DNA of 64,000 nt from an uncultured Clostridia bacterium (GTDB lineage: Bacteria > Bacillota > Clostridia > Christensenellales > UBA1242). Under the pieces are notes generated by a model. That model did no database searches. It saw nothing but the letters and a program-made list of their open reading frames with translations, and was not told the origin of the DNA. This document shows, in pieces, positions 47,370 to 57,001 of the stretch. The DNA is taken from positions 220,880-284,879 of the forward strand of contig CAKVFE010000002.1 of the NCBI GenBank assembly GCA_934746645.1, written 5' to 3'. The position numbers and the translations under genes were made by a program. Every line of letters begins with the position of its first letter. Position 1 is the first letter of the stretch.

Positions 47370-47378
47370 AGTATAGCA
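47370..47378 (-). promoter_or_regulatory. Candidate extended -10 promoter of spo0A
   Basis: Minus strand TGcTATACT about 40 nt upstream of the ATG. The -35 is weak (TAGATT). Confidence 0.35.
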
Positions 47379-47455
47379 AAGATAATCTAAAAAATCTACA
47401 AAAATAAGTATATTTTTACAAAAATATTTTTAAATAAAAAAATTGTAAAAAACTT

Positions 47456-47472
47456 TGTCGAATTGTGTCGAA
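47456..47472. promoter_or_regulatory. Two tandem consensus Spo0A boxes (TGTCGAA) 10 bp apart upstream of spo0A
   Basis: TGTCGAA at 47456-47462 and at 47466-47472, in tTGTCGAAttgTGTCGAAa. They lie 125-140 bp upstream of the spo0A start. Confidence 0.7.
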
Positions 47473-47563
47473 ATATGGGTTATATTTTGCCTAAAAATAG
47501 GCATTATTTTGTACAAATATATTTTTTACAAAAAATATAACCACATTTAAACAATTCAATAAT

Positions 47564-48766
47564 TTATTCGTTGAGCATAAAGTCAAGATATAGTCCAAAA
47601 CCTTTTGTAGAATCGTTGACAAAAACATGTGTTACAGCCCCAATAAGATGTCCGTCTTGTATTATTGGACTACCACTCATTCCTTGTACAATTCCACCTG
47701 TTTTTTCTATAAGTTTTTGGTCTGTAATTTTGATAACCATATTTTTACTTTTACTACCAGTTTGATAGTTAGTTTTGATAAGTTCGATACTATATTCTTC
47801 TATTGTTTCGCCGTCTACACAACACAAAATACTAGCTTTGCCTGGGTGTGCTGTGAGTTTACCACCAATTTTTATATTGGTCTTCCCTAAAGTAAGTTGA
47901 CTATTTTCATTAAAATTGCCAAAGACACCATAGTTACAGTTTTTGTCTACTGTTCCCTGTTCGTCCCTACCTTTCATAAAAAAGCCAAGTATTTCGCCCG
48001 GAACTCCACGCTTTCCTTTTTTTATCCCTACTACATTGCATTTGTATACTTCACCATTGTTGACTTCAAAAATTTCGTTGGTATCAGCGTCTGTTATTGC
48101 GTGTCCTAAAGAACCAAATCTCAATGTTTCTGGTTGGATATATGTAAGAGTTCCTACACCCATAGCGTCATCTCTTATCCATATCCCAAGTTTGTAAGAT
48201 TGGGTTTGGATATCCAATTCTGGCTGGATATGTGTCGAAAATTGTTTACCATCTCTTTTTGCCAACACTTCAATAGGTTGACCTTCACACTCATCTAGCA
48301 CTTTTTGTATATCTTCCAAACAATTAACATCAGTATTGTTTAGTTTAAGTATAACATCTCCATTATTAAGTCCAGATTCGGCAATCGGACTTATATTTCC
48401 GTTTTTAGTAATTATGTAGTTGCTACCAACAATAATTACTCCTTTGCTTTTTAGGTTTAGACCAATACAATCGCCACCTAGCATTACTTCATCAGTCTTA
48501 ACCACATTTACTTTTAAGTTTTTTATATTAAACAAATTAAATAATTTAAATTTGACAACATATTCGTTGAGTTCTTCGTCAGTACCTGCAAATACTGATT
48601 TTGCCCTAACCAAGCCAGTTTTGCTTATTAAGTTGTTGTATTCTTCTTCTGTAAGAATGTCATTGTTGTTGATAAGCATAAGTTCGTTGTAAGGGACAAT
48701 ACTACACACCAAAACAAACATAATTGACAACATAGCAAAAAGTAAGTATTTACATTTTTGTTTCAT
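47564..48766 (-). CDS. spoIVB: SpoIVB peptidase (S55 signalling serine protease)
   Basis: N-terminal TM, PDZ domain, S55 domain with GVGTLTY and catalytic-Ser context VQGMSGSPI. Confidence 0.93.
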   Translation of the reverse strand: MKQKCKYLLFAMLSIMFVLVCSIVPYNELMLINNNDILTEEEYNNLISKTGLVRAKSVFAGTDEELNEYVVKFKLFNLFNIKNLKVNVVKTDEVMLGGDCIGLNLKSKGVIIVGSNYIITKNGNISPIAESGLNNGDVILKLNNTDVNCLEDIQKVLDECEGQPIEVLAKRDGKQFSTHIQPELDIQTQSYKLGIWIRDDAMGVGTLTYIQPETLRFGSLGHAITDADTNEIFEVNNGEVYKCNVVGIKKGKRGVPGEILGFFMKGRDEQGTVDKNCNYGVFGNFNENSQLTLGKTNIKIGGKLTAHPGKASILCCVDGETIEEYSIELIKTNYQTGSKSKNMVIKITDQKLIEKTGGIVQGMSGSPIIQDGHLIGAVTHVFVNDSTKGFGLYLDFMLNE

Positions 48767-48868
48767 AAAAAAAACTACTCCTAACTAAAAGTAGTTTTTT
48801 TAATTATTGATTTTTTATACTGGAAATATATTCTAATTATAATTTTATATTTTATTACAAAATATTTA

Positions 48869-50572
48869 TTACAAATTAGCTTTATATGTATTGGCATTAT
48901 CAATAAGTTCGCTTGCACTATTGATTGCGCTAGCACTTGAATTTAGTCCCAACATACGAGCTATTTCTTTGACTTTATCGGCGTCATTAAGCAACTTAAT
49001 AGAAGAAGTTGTATAATTGTTGTCTGTAGTCTTTTCTATTAGATAATTATTGTCGGCAAATGCTGCAATTTGAGCCAAGTGAGTAATACAAATAACTTGA
49101 TTATATCGAGATATCGAAACAATCTTTTTGCCAACTTCAACACCTATTAAACCACCAATACCAGTGTCAATTTCGTCAAATACAAGTGTTTTTATACCAC
49201 TCTTATCTTGTATAACACACTTAAACGCAAGCATAAATCTACTCATTTCGCCACCGGAGATTATTTTTGCCAATGGTCTAACTTCAATACCTGCGTTGGC
49301 ACTAAACATAAATTCAAGGTTGTCAGCACCATTATATGTTGCCTTCTTTTCAATATTTTCCAACGAATAATCATTGTTAAACACAACTTCAAATTGACCG
49401 TTTTTAATGCCTAAACATTTTAATTCTTGCAAAAGATTGGTTTTTATATTATCCCCAACCTTTTTACGCATACTAGTCAATTGAGTACACAAGTCATAGA
49501 CTTCTTTTAATACTTTAGATTTTTGCTTATTAAGTTTAAGCAAAGCTTGTTCCGAGTTAAGCAAATTGTCCAATTTGGTTTTAGCTTTATCCAAATAATC
49601 AAATATATCCTTAACCGAATTGCCGTATTTACGCTTTAAATCTTTTATAAGGTCAAGCCTTTCTTCAAGTTCGTTGACTTCTTCTTCATCATAATCTGTT
49701 TGAGCAATCAAGTCGTTGATACTGTCGGTTATATCGTTGAGTTCGTACATAGCAGAATTAAGTCTATCACGCAATTCCGATATTTTTGGAGAAATATCAC
49801 TAACCATACCTAAGCTAAATGAAGCACTTTTTAATTGGTTGACCATACCACCATAATCACCCATAACACACGCATACGCATCTGTAAGGTTTTTAGCCAA
49901 TTTTTCCGAATTTGCATAGTATTTTCGCTTTTCTAAAAGCTGGTCTTCTTCTCCGTCTTTTAGTTCTGCCAATTCAATCTCATTGATTTCGTGTTCTAAA
50001 AGTTGGATATTTCTAACTTTATCTTCCCCTTCTCCACCCAAATCCGAGATTTGATTATTGATATCTTTTACTTCGTCCAATTTAAGTTTTAATTGAGATT
50101 TGATATCTTCAATACTAGGTTCTAGCGAATCGATAATTTTTATATGGTTTTTAACATCAAGCAATGCTTGGTGGTCATGCTGTCCGTGCACATCTATAAG
50201 ATTGATAGTCAATTTTTTTAGCATACCCAAAGTAACAGCTTCACCATTAACTCTAACTTCGTTTTTGCCATTAGTATTGTAATATCTAGAGATGATTATT
50301 GTGGTTTCTGGTTCGGCATTAATACTATTAAAGAAGTCGACAATGGCGTCATTTAAGCAAGGCAACTCAAACACAACTTCAACTCTAGCAAAGTCTTTGC
50401 CTGTTTTTATAAGAGTTTTGTCAGCTTTGCTTCCCAATACAAAATTAAGTGAGTCTATAATAATACTTTTACCAGCACCTGTTTCGCCAGTTAAAGCATT
50501 AAACCCATCGCCAAGTTTAATAATACTTTCTTCTATTAACGCTATGTTATTTATCTTCAAACTAGATATCAT
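48869..50572 (-). CDS. recN: DNA repair protein RecN
   Basis: Walker A GETGAGKS, long coiled coil, C-terminal SGGEMSR signature and LVFDEIDTGI Walker B. Confidence 0.96.
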   Translation of the reverse strand: MISSLKINNIALIEESIIKLGDGFNALTGETGAGKSIIIDSLNFVLGSKADKTLIKTGKDFARVEVVFELPCLNDAIVDFFNSINAEPETTIIISRYYNTNGKNEVRVNGEAVTLGMLKKLTINLIDVHGQHDHQALLDVKNHIKIIDSLEPSIEDIKSQLKLKLDEVKDINNQISDLGGEGEDKVRNIQLLEHEINEIELAELKDGEEDQLLEKRKYYANSEKLAKNLTDAYACVMGDYGGMVNQLKSASFSLGMVSDISPKISELRDRLNSAMYELNDITDSINDLIAQTDYDEEEVNELEERLDLIKDLKRKYGNSVKDIFDYLDKAKTKLDNLLNSEQALLKLNKQKSKVLKEVYDLCTQLTSMRKKVGDNIKTNLLQELKCLGIKNGQFEVVFNNDYSLENIEKKATYNGADNLEFMFSANAGIEVRPLAKIISGGEMSRFMLAFKCVIQDKSGIKTLVFDEIDTGIGGLIGVEVGKKIVSISRYNQVICITHLAQIAAFADNNYLIEKTTDNNYTTSSIKLLNDADKVKEIARMLGLNSSASAINSASELIDNANTYKANL

Positions 50573-50654
50573 ATTTTATCTCCAAATATCAATTAAGATT
50601 TTAGCAAATTTTGATAAAAATAACAATTATAATATTACTAAATTATTGTTATAC

Positions 50655-50690
50655 AAAAAAATAAAACACACTAAAGTGTGTTTTTTTTAT
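50655..50690 (-). terminator. Terminator of argR (bidirectional shape)
   Basis: aaaacacac-taaa-gtgtgtttt flanked by A7 and T8 runs. Confidence 0.8.
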
Positions 50691-50753
50691 TAATCAACTA
50701 TACTCATACCACAAAAGTGATATTAATAAGCCATTATATTTTCATTATACCAA

Positions 50754-51212
50754 TTAGTCGTTCATTAGGACTTCATTGATTTTTTCTTGAACCATATAAG
50801 CGTCTTCAACATCTGCAGTGATAACCATAACAGTATCATCACCATAAGTACAACCTAGCACGCTATTAAGTGATAATTGGTCAATACAATTACTAACCAT
50901 ACTTGCTGTACCTTTTAATGTCTTAAGAACAACCAAATTCATAGCATTTTTGACAGAGATAACACATTCCTTAAAAATACCAATAAACTTATTAGATACT
51001 GCTTGATTGGTAGAACCAACGATAGCATATTTGTATTTTTTAGAATCAGACAATATTTTGATAAGTCCAAGTTCTTTAATATCTCTACTGATAGTAGCTT
51101 GTGTTACATCAAAATTAGCAGCTCTAAGTTCGGCTACAAGTTCTTCTTGTGTTTCTATTTCTTTTAAAGATATTAATTCTAGTATTTTTGATTGACGAGT
51201 ATTTCTTGCCAT
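50754..51212 (-). CDS. argR: Arginine repressor ArgR/AhrC
   Basis: N-terminal wHTH (RQSKILELI...TQATISRDIKELGLIK) and C-terminal oligomerisation domain (GTASMV...LGCTYGDDTV). Confidence 0.93.
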   Translation of the reverse strand: MARNTRQSKILELISLKEIETQEELVAELRAANFDVTQATISRDIKELGLIKILSDSKKYKYAIVGSTNQAVSNKFIGIFKECVISVKNAMNLVVLKTLKGTASMVSNCIDQLSLNSVLGCTYGDDTVMVITADVEDAYMVQEKINEVLMND

Positions 51213-51423
51213 TAATTTATCCTTCTAGTTATTTTTATGCACTCAAAAATTTTTCAAGCATCATAATTATACAACACGATAATTTTTTATGCAAGTATAT
51301 TTTGCATATTTATACATTTTATTTTTTATTTTTATTCACAGCGATTTATAATTATAAAATTGACTTTGCATAAATATTCTGTATAATTATACAATGGCTT
51401 TATTAAGCCATTTTTAGTTTATG

Positions 51424-51465
51424 CATAAAAATAAGAATAGTTATATTTTTATTACAACTATTCTT
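51424..51465 (-). terminator. Terminator of proS
   Basis: aagaatagtt/aactattctt 10-bp stem followed on the minus strand by ATTTTTAT. Confidence 0.7.
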
Positions 51466-51547
51466 AAAAAATCGATATTTTTATTAAAATTATTTTTAGT
51501 TATTATATACAAAGTCCCCTACCCTGCATATAAATACAAGTTAAAAA

Positions 51548-52972
51548 TTAATATTGAAGTCCCCACAAAACTAAGTGTTTTGCTTTCTTGCCACAGACAA
51601 CACATTTGTCATCAATAGCTTTTTCGTTTTCCAAAATACAACGAGATTTTGTACCACGAATTTCTTTCATCTTCAATTCACAAGCTTCGTCACCACACCA
51701 CATTGCTTTTACAAATCCTGGCTGAGTATTCATTATCTTTTCAACTTCTTCAATATTGTGAGCTTCAAAAGTCAATGAGTCACGACGCTCCAACGCTTTG
51801 TTGTATAAGTTGTTTTGGATATCCTCAAGTAGTTTTTCAACTTCTTTTACAATGTCACAATTTACATCAACAGTTATTCTTTCACGAGTATCTCTTCTAG
51901 CTAGAGTCACTACCCCACTCTCTAGGTCACGCTTACCAAGTTCGATTCTAACTGGTATACCATTAACTTCGTGTTCAGCAAATTTGAAACCTGGAGATTT
52001 TTCAGTTAAGTCAACAAATGAAACAATATTGTTTGCATTAAGTTTTTCATTGATTGATTTTGCTAGAGTTACTACTTCTTCATCAGTACCAATAGGTACA
52101 ATAGCAACTTGACGAGGTGCAATACGAGGTGGTAATACCAAACCATTTTCATCGCTATGAACCATAATCAATGCACCAATCATACGAGTTGTTGTACCCC
52201 AAGATGTTTGGTATACATATTCCCATTGATTGTTTCTATTTAAAAAATTAATATTATATGCTTTAGAAAATTTTTGACCAAAATAATGACTTGTACCACA
52301 TTGTAATGCAACACCATTATACATCAAAGCTTCATTGGTATAAGTATATTCAGCACCAGCAAATTTTTCTTTTTCTGTTTTTCTACCAATAATTGATGGT
52401 ATAGCTAAATAATCGTGGAAGAACTTTTTGTATACTTCCAACATTCTGATTGTTTCTTCTTCAGCTTCTTTTTGTGTTTCGTGGATAGTATGTCCTTCTT
52501 GCCACAAAAATTCTCTAGTACGCAAGAATGGACGAGTTTCTTTTTCCCATCTTACTACACTACACCATTGGTTGTACAATTTTGGCAAATCTCTATAAGA
52601 ATTTATCTTTGAACTATAGTAGTCACTAAACAAAGTTTCGCTAGTAGGTCTTACAGCCATACGCTCGTCAAGACAACCTGTACCACCTTGTGTTACCCAC
52701 GCACATTCTGGAGCAAAACCTTCAATAAGTTCTCCTTCTTTTTTCAACAAACTTTCTGGTATAAACATAGGCATATATACATTTTGATGACCTGTTTCTT
52801 TAAACATTCTATCCAAAACACTTTGCATCTTTTCCCAGATTGCATAACCATTAGGTTCAAATACTATACAGCCTTTTACATTAGAATATTCTGCCAATTT
52901 TGCAGCCTTTACAACATCTGTATACCATTTTGCAAAGTCTACATTTCTATCTGTTATCGCTTTATTTTTCAT
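51548..52972 (-). CDS. proS: Prolyl-tRNA synthetase (short archaeal/eukaryote-like type without INS editing domain)
   Basis: 474 aa class II aaRS. The N-terminus DFAKWYTDVV...AEYSNVKGCIVFEPNGYAIWE is typical of the short ProRS form. The C-terminus has a Zn-binding-like Cys cluster (WCGDEAC..., CVVCG). Confidence 0.9.
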   Translation of the reverse strand: MKNKAITDRNVDFAKWYTDVVKAAKLAEYSNVKGCIVFEPNGYAIWEKMQSVLDRMFKETGHQNVYMPMFIPESLLKKEGELIEGFAPECAWVTQGGTGCLDERMAVRPTSETLFSDYYSSKINSYRDLPKLYNQWCSVVRWEKETRPFLRTREFLWQEGHTIHETQKEAEEETIRMLEVYKKFFHDYLAIPSIIGRKTEKEKFAGAEYTYTNEALMYNGVALQCGTSHYFGQKFSKAYNINFLNRNNQWEYVYQTSWGTTTRMIGALIMVHSDENGLVLPPRIAPRQVAIVPIGTDEEVVTLAKSINEKLNANNIVSFVDLTEKSPGFKFAEHEVNGIPVRIELGKRDLESGVVTLARRDTRERITVDVNCDIVKEVEKLLEDIQNNLYNKALERRDSLTFEAHNIEEVEKIMNTQPGFVKAMWCGDEACELKMKEIRGTKSRCILENEKAIDDKCVVCGKKAKHLVLWGLQY

Positions 52973-52973
52973 A

Positions 52974-53183
52974 TTAGTTATTCATTCCTTCTTCTCTAAA
53001 TTTATCTAAGTCTTGTTTTAAAATTGTAACTTTACCTTTTGCATTATTTAATTCTGTGTAAAGTTCTTTTGCAATTTGATTACCTTCTTCAAACAATTTT
53101 AAACTTTCTTCAAATGTAACTTCATTTTTATCAAGTTTGTCAGCAATCTCTTGCAACTTCTTTATTTTCTCATCTATGTTCAT
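52974..53183 (-). CDS. xseB: Exodeoxyribonuclease VII small subunit
   Basis: 69 aa helical protein (FEESLKLFEEG). Immediately follows xseA. Confidence 0.9.
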   Translation of the reverse strand: MNIDEKIKKLQEIADKLDKNEVTFEESLKLFEEGNQIAKELYTELNNAKGKVTILKQDLDKFREEGMNN

Positions 53184-53184
53184 A

Positions 53185-54357
53185 CTACTCTCCTCTCACT
53201 ATAGCTGTACCATCTTTAAATACAAGTTTGTATTCATGGTCTTTAACAATATTTTTGTGAGTATTAATTACAACATTGTTTTCTTCAACCTTAACATACC
53301 CTTTATTAAGAGCAGTCATTGGATTAAGATATTCTAGTTTGTTGTTAAGCAAATTAATATTAGATTCCAAATTTAACAACTTAGAATCAACACTATGTTT
53401 TATTTTTGTTGTCAATTCATTTATTTTGTTTTCATTTTTAACAATAATATTTGATGACACATAACAAATTTTGTTAATTGAATTGTCACATAAATTTTGT
53501 AAATTTTCAATTCTATCAATAACATTATTATAAAATGTATCAGTATAACTATCTATAAGATTATAATCATCAACAATATCATTAACAACACATTCTGCAG
53601 CAGCAGATGGTGTCGGTGCACGCAAATCAGAAACAAAATCTATTATTGTAAAGTCTGTTTCATGACCTACCGCAGAAACGATAGGTTTTTTACAATTATA
53701 TGTTGCATTGGCTACTATTTCAGTGTTAAACGGTTGTAGATCTTCAGCACTACCACCACCCCTTGCAACAATAACAACATCTACTTTATCATAGTCACTA
53801 AAGAAATTAATGCCTTTAGCAATATCATCTTCTGCACCAACTCCTTGCACCTTAACTGGATACAAAACTATATCAACTGTAGGATTTCGTCTTGTTGTTA
53901 CATTAATAATATCTTGTATAACAGCTCCTGTCGAGCTAGATACAACACCAATTCTTTTTACCCTTTCGGGAAGTGGTTTTTTATGACTTAAATCAAAATA
54001 TCCCTTTTGCTCCAACTCAGCTTTTAGTTTTAAAAACTTTTCATATAGCAAACCTTTACCATACGGAGCAATATGATTAGCATTAAATGAAAGTTTACCA
54101 CCCTTAGCATAGTAAGAAACACTACCTACTGCTAATATCATATCTCCTATATTAGGAACATCAAATCTTAAAGCATTGAAAAGAACACAGGATATCAATC
54201 CTGTATCATCAGTCAAATTGAAGTAAGCAATATTATTTGAAATCTTATAACTACTTACTTCACCAAAAATACAAATATTTTGAAGCATTACCTCTGCTTC
54301 AAAAATATTTTTGATATAATTATTAACTTGTCCAACACTTAAATATTGTTCACTCAT
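53185..54357 (-). CDS. xseA: Exodeoxyribonuclease VII large subunit
   Basis: N-terminal OB fold (LSVGQVNNYIK...FGEVS), catalytic core RIGVVSSSTGAVIQD...ARGGGS.EDL. Confidence 0.93.
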   Translation of the reverse strand: MSEQYLSVGQVNNYIKNIFEAEVMLQNICIFGEVSSYKISNNIAYFNLTDDTGLISCVLFNALRFDVPNIGDMILAVGSVSYYAKGGKLSFNANHIAPYGKGLLYEKFLKLKAELEQKGYFDLSHKKPLPERVKRIGVVSSSTGAVIQDIINVTTRRNPTVDIVLYPVKVQGVGAEDDIAKGINFFSDYDKVDVVIVARGGGSAEDLQPFNTEIVANATYNCKKPIVSAVGHETDFTIIDFVSDLRAPTPSAAAECVVNDIVDDYNLIDSYTDTFYNNVIDRIENLQNLCDNSINKICYVSSNIIVKNENKINELTTKIKHSVDSKLLNLESNINLLNNKLEYLNPMTALNKGYVKVEENNVVINTHKNIVKDHEYKLVFKDGTAIVRGE

Positions 54358-54365
54358 AGCAAAAA

Positions 54366-54770
54366 TTATATATCTTTAGCAATACTAGCAATAACAGCAT
54401 TAATAAAAGAATAACTTTTTTCAGTGCTATATTTTTTAGCTAGTTCCACAGCTTCATTAGCAACTATCTGTAAACTACTCTGTTTATAATATTTTAGTTC
54501 ATAAGTAGACATTATCAAAATTGCCAAATCAACTTTAAACAATCTATCAACTGTATAGCCTTTTATATGCTTTCCAACAATTTCCTTTAATTCATCATAA
54601 TGTTCAACAATACCTTCGTACATTTCTTTTACGAAAGTCATATTTTCTTCATCTAACTTATTGTCACTATCATTTAACAAGTCTTCATAAAAAGAACTGT
54701 CTTCGGGTTTATGAAAACACAATTCAAAAGTTAATTTAAATACTGTTTCTCTTGCTAAAATTCTACTCAT
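54366..54770 (-). CDS. nusB: Transcription antitermination factor NusB
   Basis: 134 aa. ILARETVFKLTFE N-terminus and NEAVELAKKYS...FINAVI C-terminal motif. Confidence 0.9.
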   Translation of the reverse strand: MSRILARETVFKLTFELCFHKPEDSSFYEDLLNDSDNKLDEENMTFVKEMYEGIVEHYDELKEIVGKHIKGYTVDRLFKVDLAILIMSTYELKYYKQSSLQIVANEAVELAKKYSTEKSYSFINAVIASIAKDI

Positions 54771-54872
54771 AAATTCTCATCCTTAATAATTTTACTTTAT
54801 TAGTATATCATATATGAAAATATTTTTACATTAAAAATAGTTAATAAATAAAAAAATTAACCTAAAGTTAGG

Positions 54873-55265
54873 TTAATTTTTATCTTCTTCTTTTATAAAA
54901 TCAACACCCAATACATGAACATTAACTTTATCTATTTCCACATCAATCATACTAGCAAGGCTGTTTTTAATATTCTCCTGAACTTTGTATGCTATTTCAG
55001 ATACATTATATCCATAAAAAACATTAACATAAACATCTACACTAAGTTTACCATTATTATTAGTAAGTTTTACTCCTTCATAATAATTGTTACCAAACCA
55101 GCGTTTTAATGCAGAGCCAAAATTAGCAACTAGTGAACTAACACCAGAAATCTCTTTTGTAGCTAGATTAACTACTGACAAAATAATGTTTTTATTAAAT
55201 GTAACATTACCTTTTGTTCCTCTATTGGTTGTGTCATTATTACTATATAACATATTTAACCTCAA
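54873..55265 (-). CDS. Asp23/Gls24 family envelope stress protein
   Basis: Typical pattern (ILSVVNLATKEISGVSS ... VDVYVNVFYGYNVSEIAYKVQENI ... VNVHV). Confidence 0.85.
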   Translation of the reverse strand: MRLNMLYSNNDTTNRGTKGNVTFNKNIILSVVNLATKEISGVSSLVANFGSALKRWFGNNYYEGVKLTNNNGKLSVDVYVNVFYGYNVSEIAYKVQENIKNSLASMIDVEIDKVNVHVLGVDFIKEEDKN

Positions 55266-55310
55266 TTTTAGACTACATATAATAATAACACTATTTAATT
55301 AATTTGACAA

Positions 55311-55805
55311 TTAATCTACTGGGAATATTTTAATATTATCTAGTCCATATTCTGTTTGGCTTTGAATAATATCAACAATTTGAGCAACTTCTGCTTCTTT
55401 TAATTCAGCACTTTTAACAATAACATTAATATTTGATGTTGAAGTTGAAACAACTACATCTTCAAAACCTTTAGCTTTAATCAATCCTTCTAAAGCCAAT
55501 TCAGTTTCCATCATACTAATCAATTCGGCTTTCTTAGCTTCAGCAGCAGCTTTGCTTTCTGCACTTGCACTAGCACTTGCAATAATAGCATCTAGATACA
55601 AAACTTCCTCATTTCTAGTACCAGTTCTATCTGTACGATATGTACTAAAGAAATTTCCTGTTGTTACTGCAGTCCCAGCATTAGCTTCTTTAACGATTTT
55701 GTTGTTAAGTACAATATTTAAAACCCCTGTTAATACCAACAAAAAGCAAAATCCAGCAACAATAAATATTTTTTTCTTTTTAGACAACATTTTATACCCC
55801 TCCAA
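55311..55805 (-). CDS. spoIIIAH: Stage III sporulation protein AH
   Basis: N-terminal TM, then a C-terminal YscJ/FliF-like domain. Last gene of the spoIIIA operon. Confidence 0.8.
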   Translation of the reverse strand: MEGYKMLSKKKKIFIVAGFCFLLVLTGVLNIVLNNKIVKEANAGTAVTTGNFFSTYRTDRTGTRNEEVLYLDAIIASASASAESKAAAEAKKAELISMMETELALEGLIKAKGFEDVVVSTSTSNINVIVKSAELKEAEVAQIVDIIQSQTEYGLDNIKIFPVD

Positions 55806-56555
55806 TTAATAATATATTTGAATGTTGTTATTTGAAACATTAAGTAAGGCTTTAACAGCTTCCAACAAATTAAGCCTTACTTTTATATCTTTTGCACCAC
55901 TTGCAACAACTACAATTCCAGTTACTTTTGGACTTAATTCACTTAACACCAATGGTGTACTATTACTAGAAGTTTTTACAATTATCGGTTCTGTTGATTT
56001 AGTCACATTAGTAGTAGAATTGCTACCATTTGTTGTCGTATTTGTTCTTTCATCAGTATTGCTTGCAAGTTTAAGTTCGGGACCATTTTCTACAGTCACC
56101 ATAACTTTAACATCACCAGCCCCACTAATTTTACTCAACACCCCCACAAGTTTATTTTCCAGTTTTTCACAATACTCCAAGCTACTCATATATCCATTTG
56201 AATTACCAGAACTAGCAGTTGATGTAAGACTTGTACCGAAAGAACTGTTTAATATAATTAATGCAATAACACCAAAAATTAGAACAACAATAACAGCTTT
56301 AAATTGTTTATTTTTTAGTATTTTAAAAAAGTTAGTATTTGTTTTTTCTTTATTATCTGTTTTCTTACATTTTTCATCATTTTCACTCAATTCTTGCATA
56401 GTATTTTTTTGCTTTACTGCATTCAAATTTTCATTCTTATTACTTAAAAAACTTTTAAAAATATTCTTAATAGAAAAATTTTTATGAGTCTTTGTCTTAT
56501 TTTCAATATTCCTTTTATTGAGATTAACGACATTAATTTTTGAATCCATAAACAA
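55806..56555 (-). CDS. spoIIIAG: Stage III sporulation protein AG
   Basis: Central TM. The C-terminal domain has LSKISGAGDVKVMVT and PKVTGIVVVASGA motifs typical of SpoIIIAG. Confidence 0.85.
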   Translation of the reverse strand: MFMDSKINVVNLNKRNIENKTKTHKNFSIKNIFKSFLSNKNENLNAVKQKNTMQELSENDEKCKKTDNKEKTNTNFFKILKNKQFKAVIVVLIFGVIALIILNSSFGTSLTSTASSGNSNGYMSSLEYCEKLENKLVGVLSKISGAGDVKVMVTVENGPELKLASNTDERTNTTTNGSNSTTNVTKSTEPIIVKTSSNSTPLVLSELSPKVTGIVVVASGAKDIKVRLNLLEAVKALLNVSNNNIQIYY

Positions 56556-56994
56556 CTATATCCTTTTCATCAACATTAGTTATTTTTACAATCAAGTCAA
56601 TTATTGACTTATATTTTGTGTCGTCTATATCAGAGTTTGACACATCTAAATATATAGATTCCACACAAAATGACTCGCTAAAAATATTAGCATTAACAAT
56701 AACCGATGTATTATTAACATCTATTTTTTCCAATTTATTTTTAATATCCACTTCCAAACTATTTATTTTTTCTAAGTTAATTTGGTATATATATTGATTA
56801 TCTATTTCTACTGTATTATTTATGTATGAAAGTCCATTATTTACTATTTTGGTAATCGGAGCTACAATAACAAATAGCATAAAGATATTAAATATGTGTT
56901 TTATGAAGGTGTTACTTTTTCCATCAGGAAGTATTATTTCTATGATTACACCTATAAACACAATACCAACTATATTAAGAATCCAACTTTTCAT
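56533..56994 (-). CDS. spoIIIAF: Stage III sporulation protein AF
   Basis: Two N-terminal TM helices (WILNIVGIVFIGVIIEIILPDG), about 150 aa, correct operon position. Confidence 0.8.
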   Translation of the reverse strand: MKSWILNIVGIVFIGVIIEIILPDGKSNTFIKHIFNIFMLFVIVAPITKIVNNGLSYINNTVEIDNQYIYQINLEKINSLEVDIKNKLEKIDVNNTSVIVNANIFSESFCVESIYLDVSNSDIDDTKYKSIIDLIVKITNVDEKDIVVYGFKN

Positions 56995-57001
56995 ATTTCA
57001 C

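Noticed and set aside
47480-47505. Hairpin tgccta-aaaa-taggca as the spoIVB terminator
   Set aside because: On the minus strand it is not followed by a T-run (a weak T-run follows only on the plus strand), and the stem is only 6 bp.
50573-50753. LexA/SOS box upstream of recN
   Set aside because: No GAAC-N4-GTTC-like sequence is present in the recN upstream region. Only the argR terminator is evident.
52973-53000. T-box riboswitch upstream of proS
   Set aside because: Only 1 nt separates proS from the xseB stop codon, so no leader exists.
55822-56487. 221-aa plus-strand ORF antisense to spoIIIAG, and similar antisense ORFs (3487-3930, 17318-17740, 21489-21809, 24931-25353, 36623-36946, 37207-37614, 50292-50693)
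   Set aside because: All lie fully inside well-supported genes on the other strand. They have low-complexity S/L/F/I-rich translations typical of antisense frames in AT-rich DNA, and they lack RBSs.
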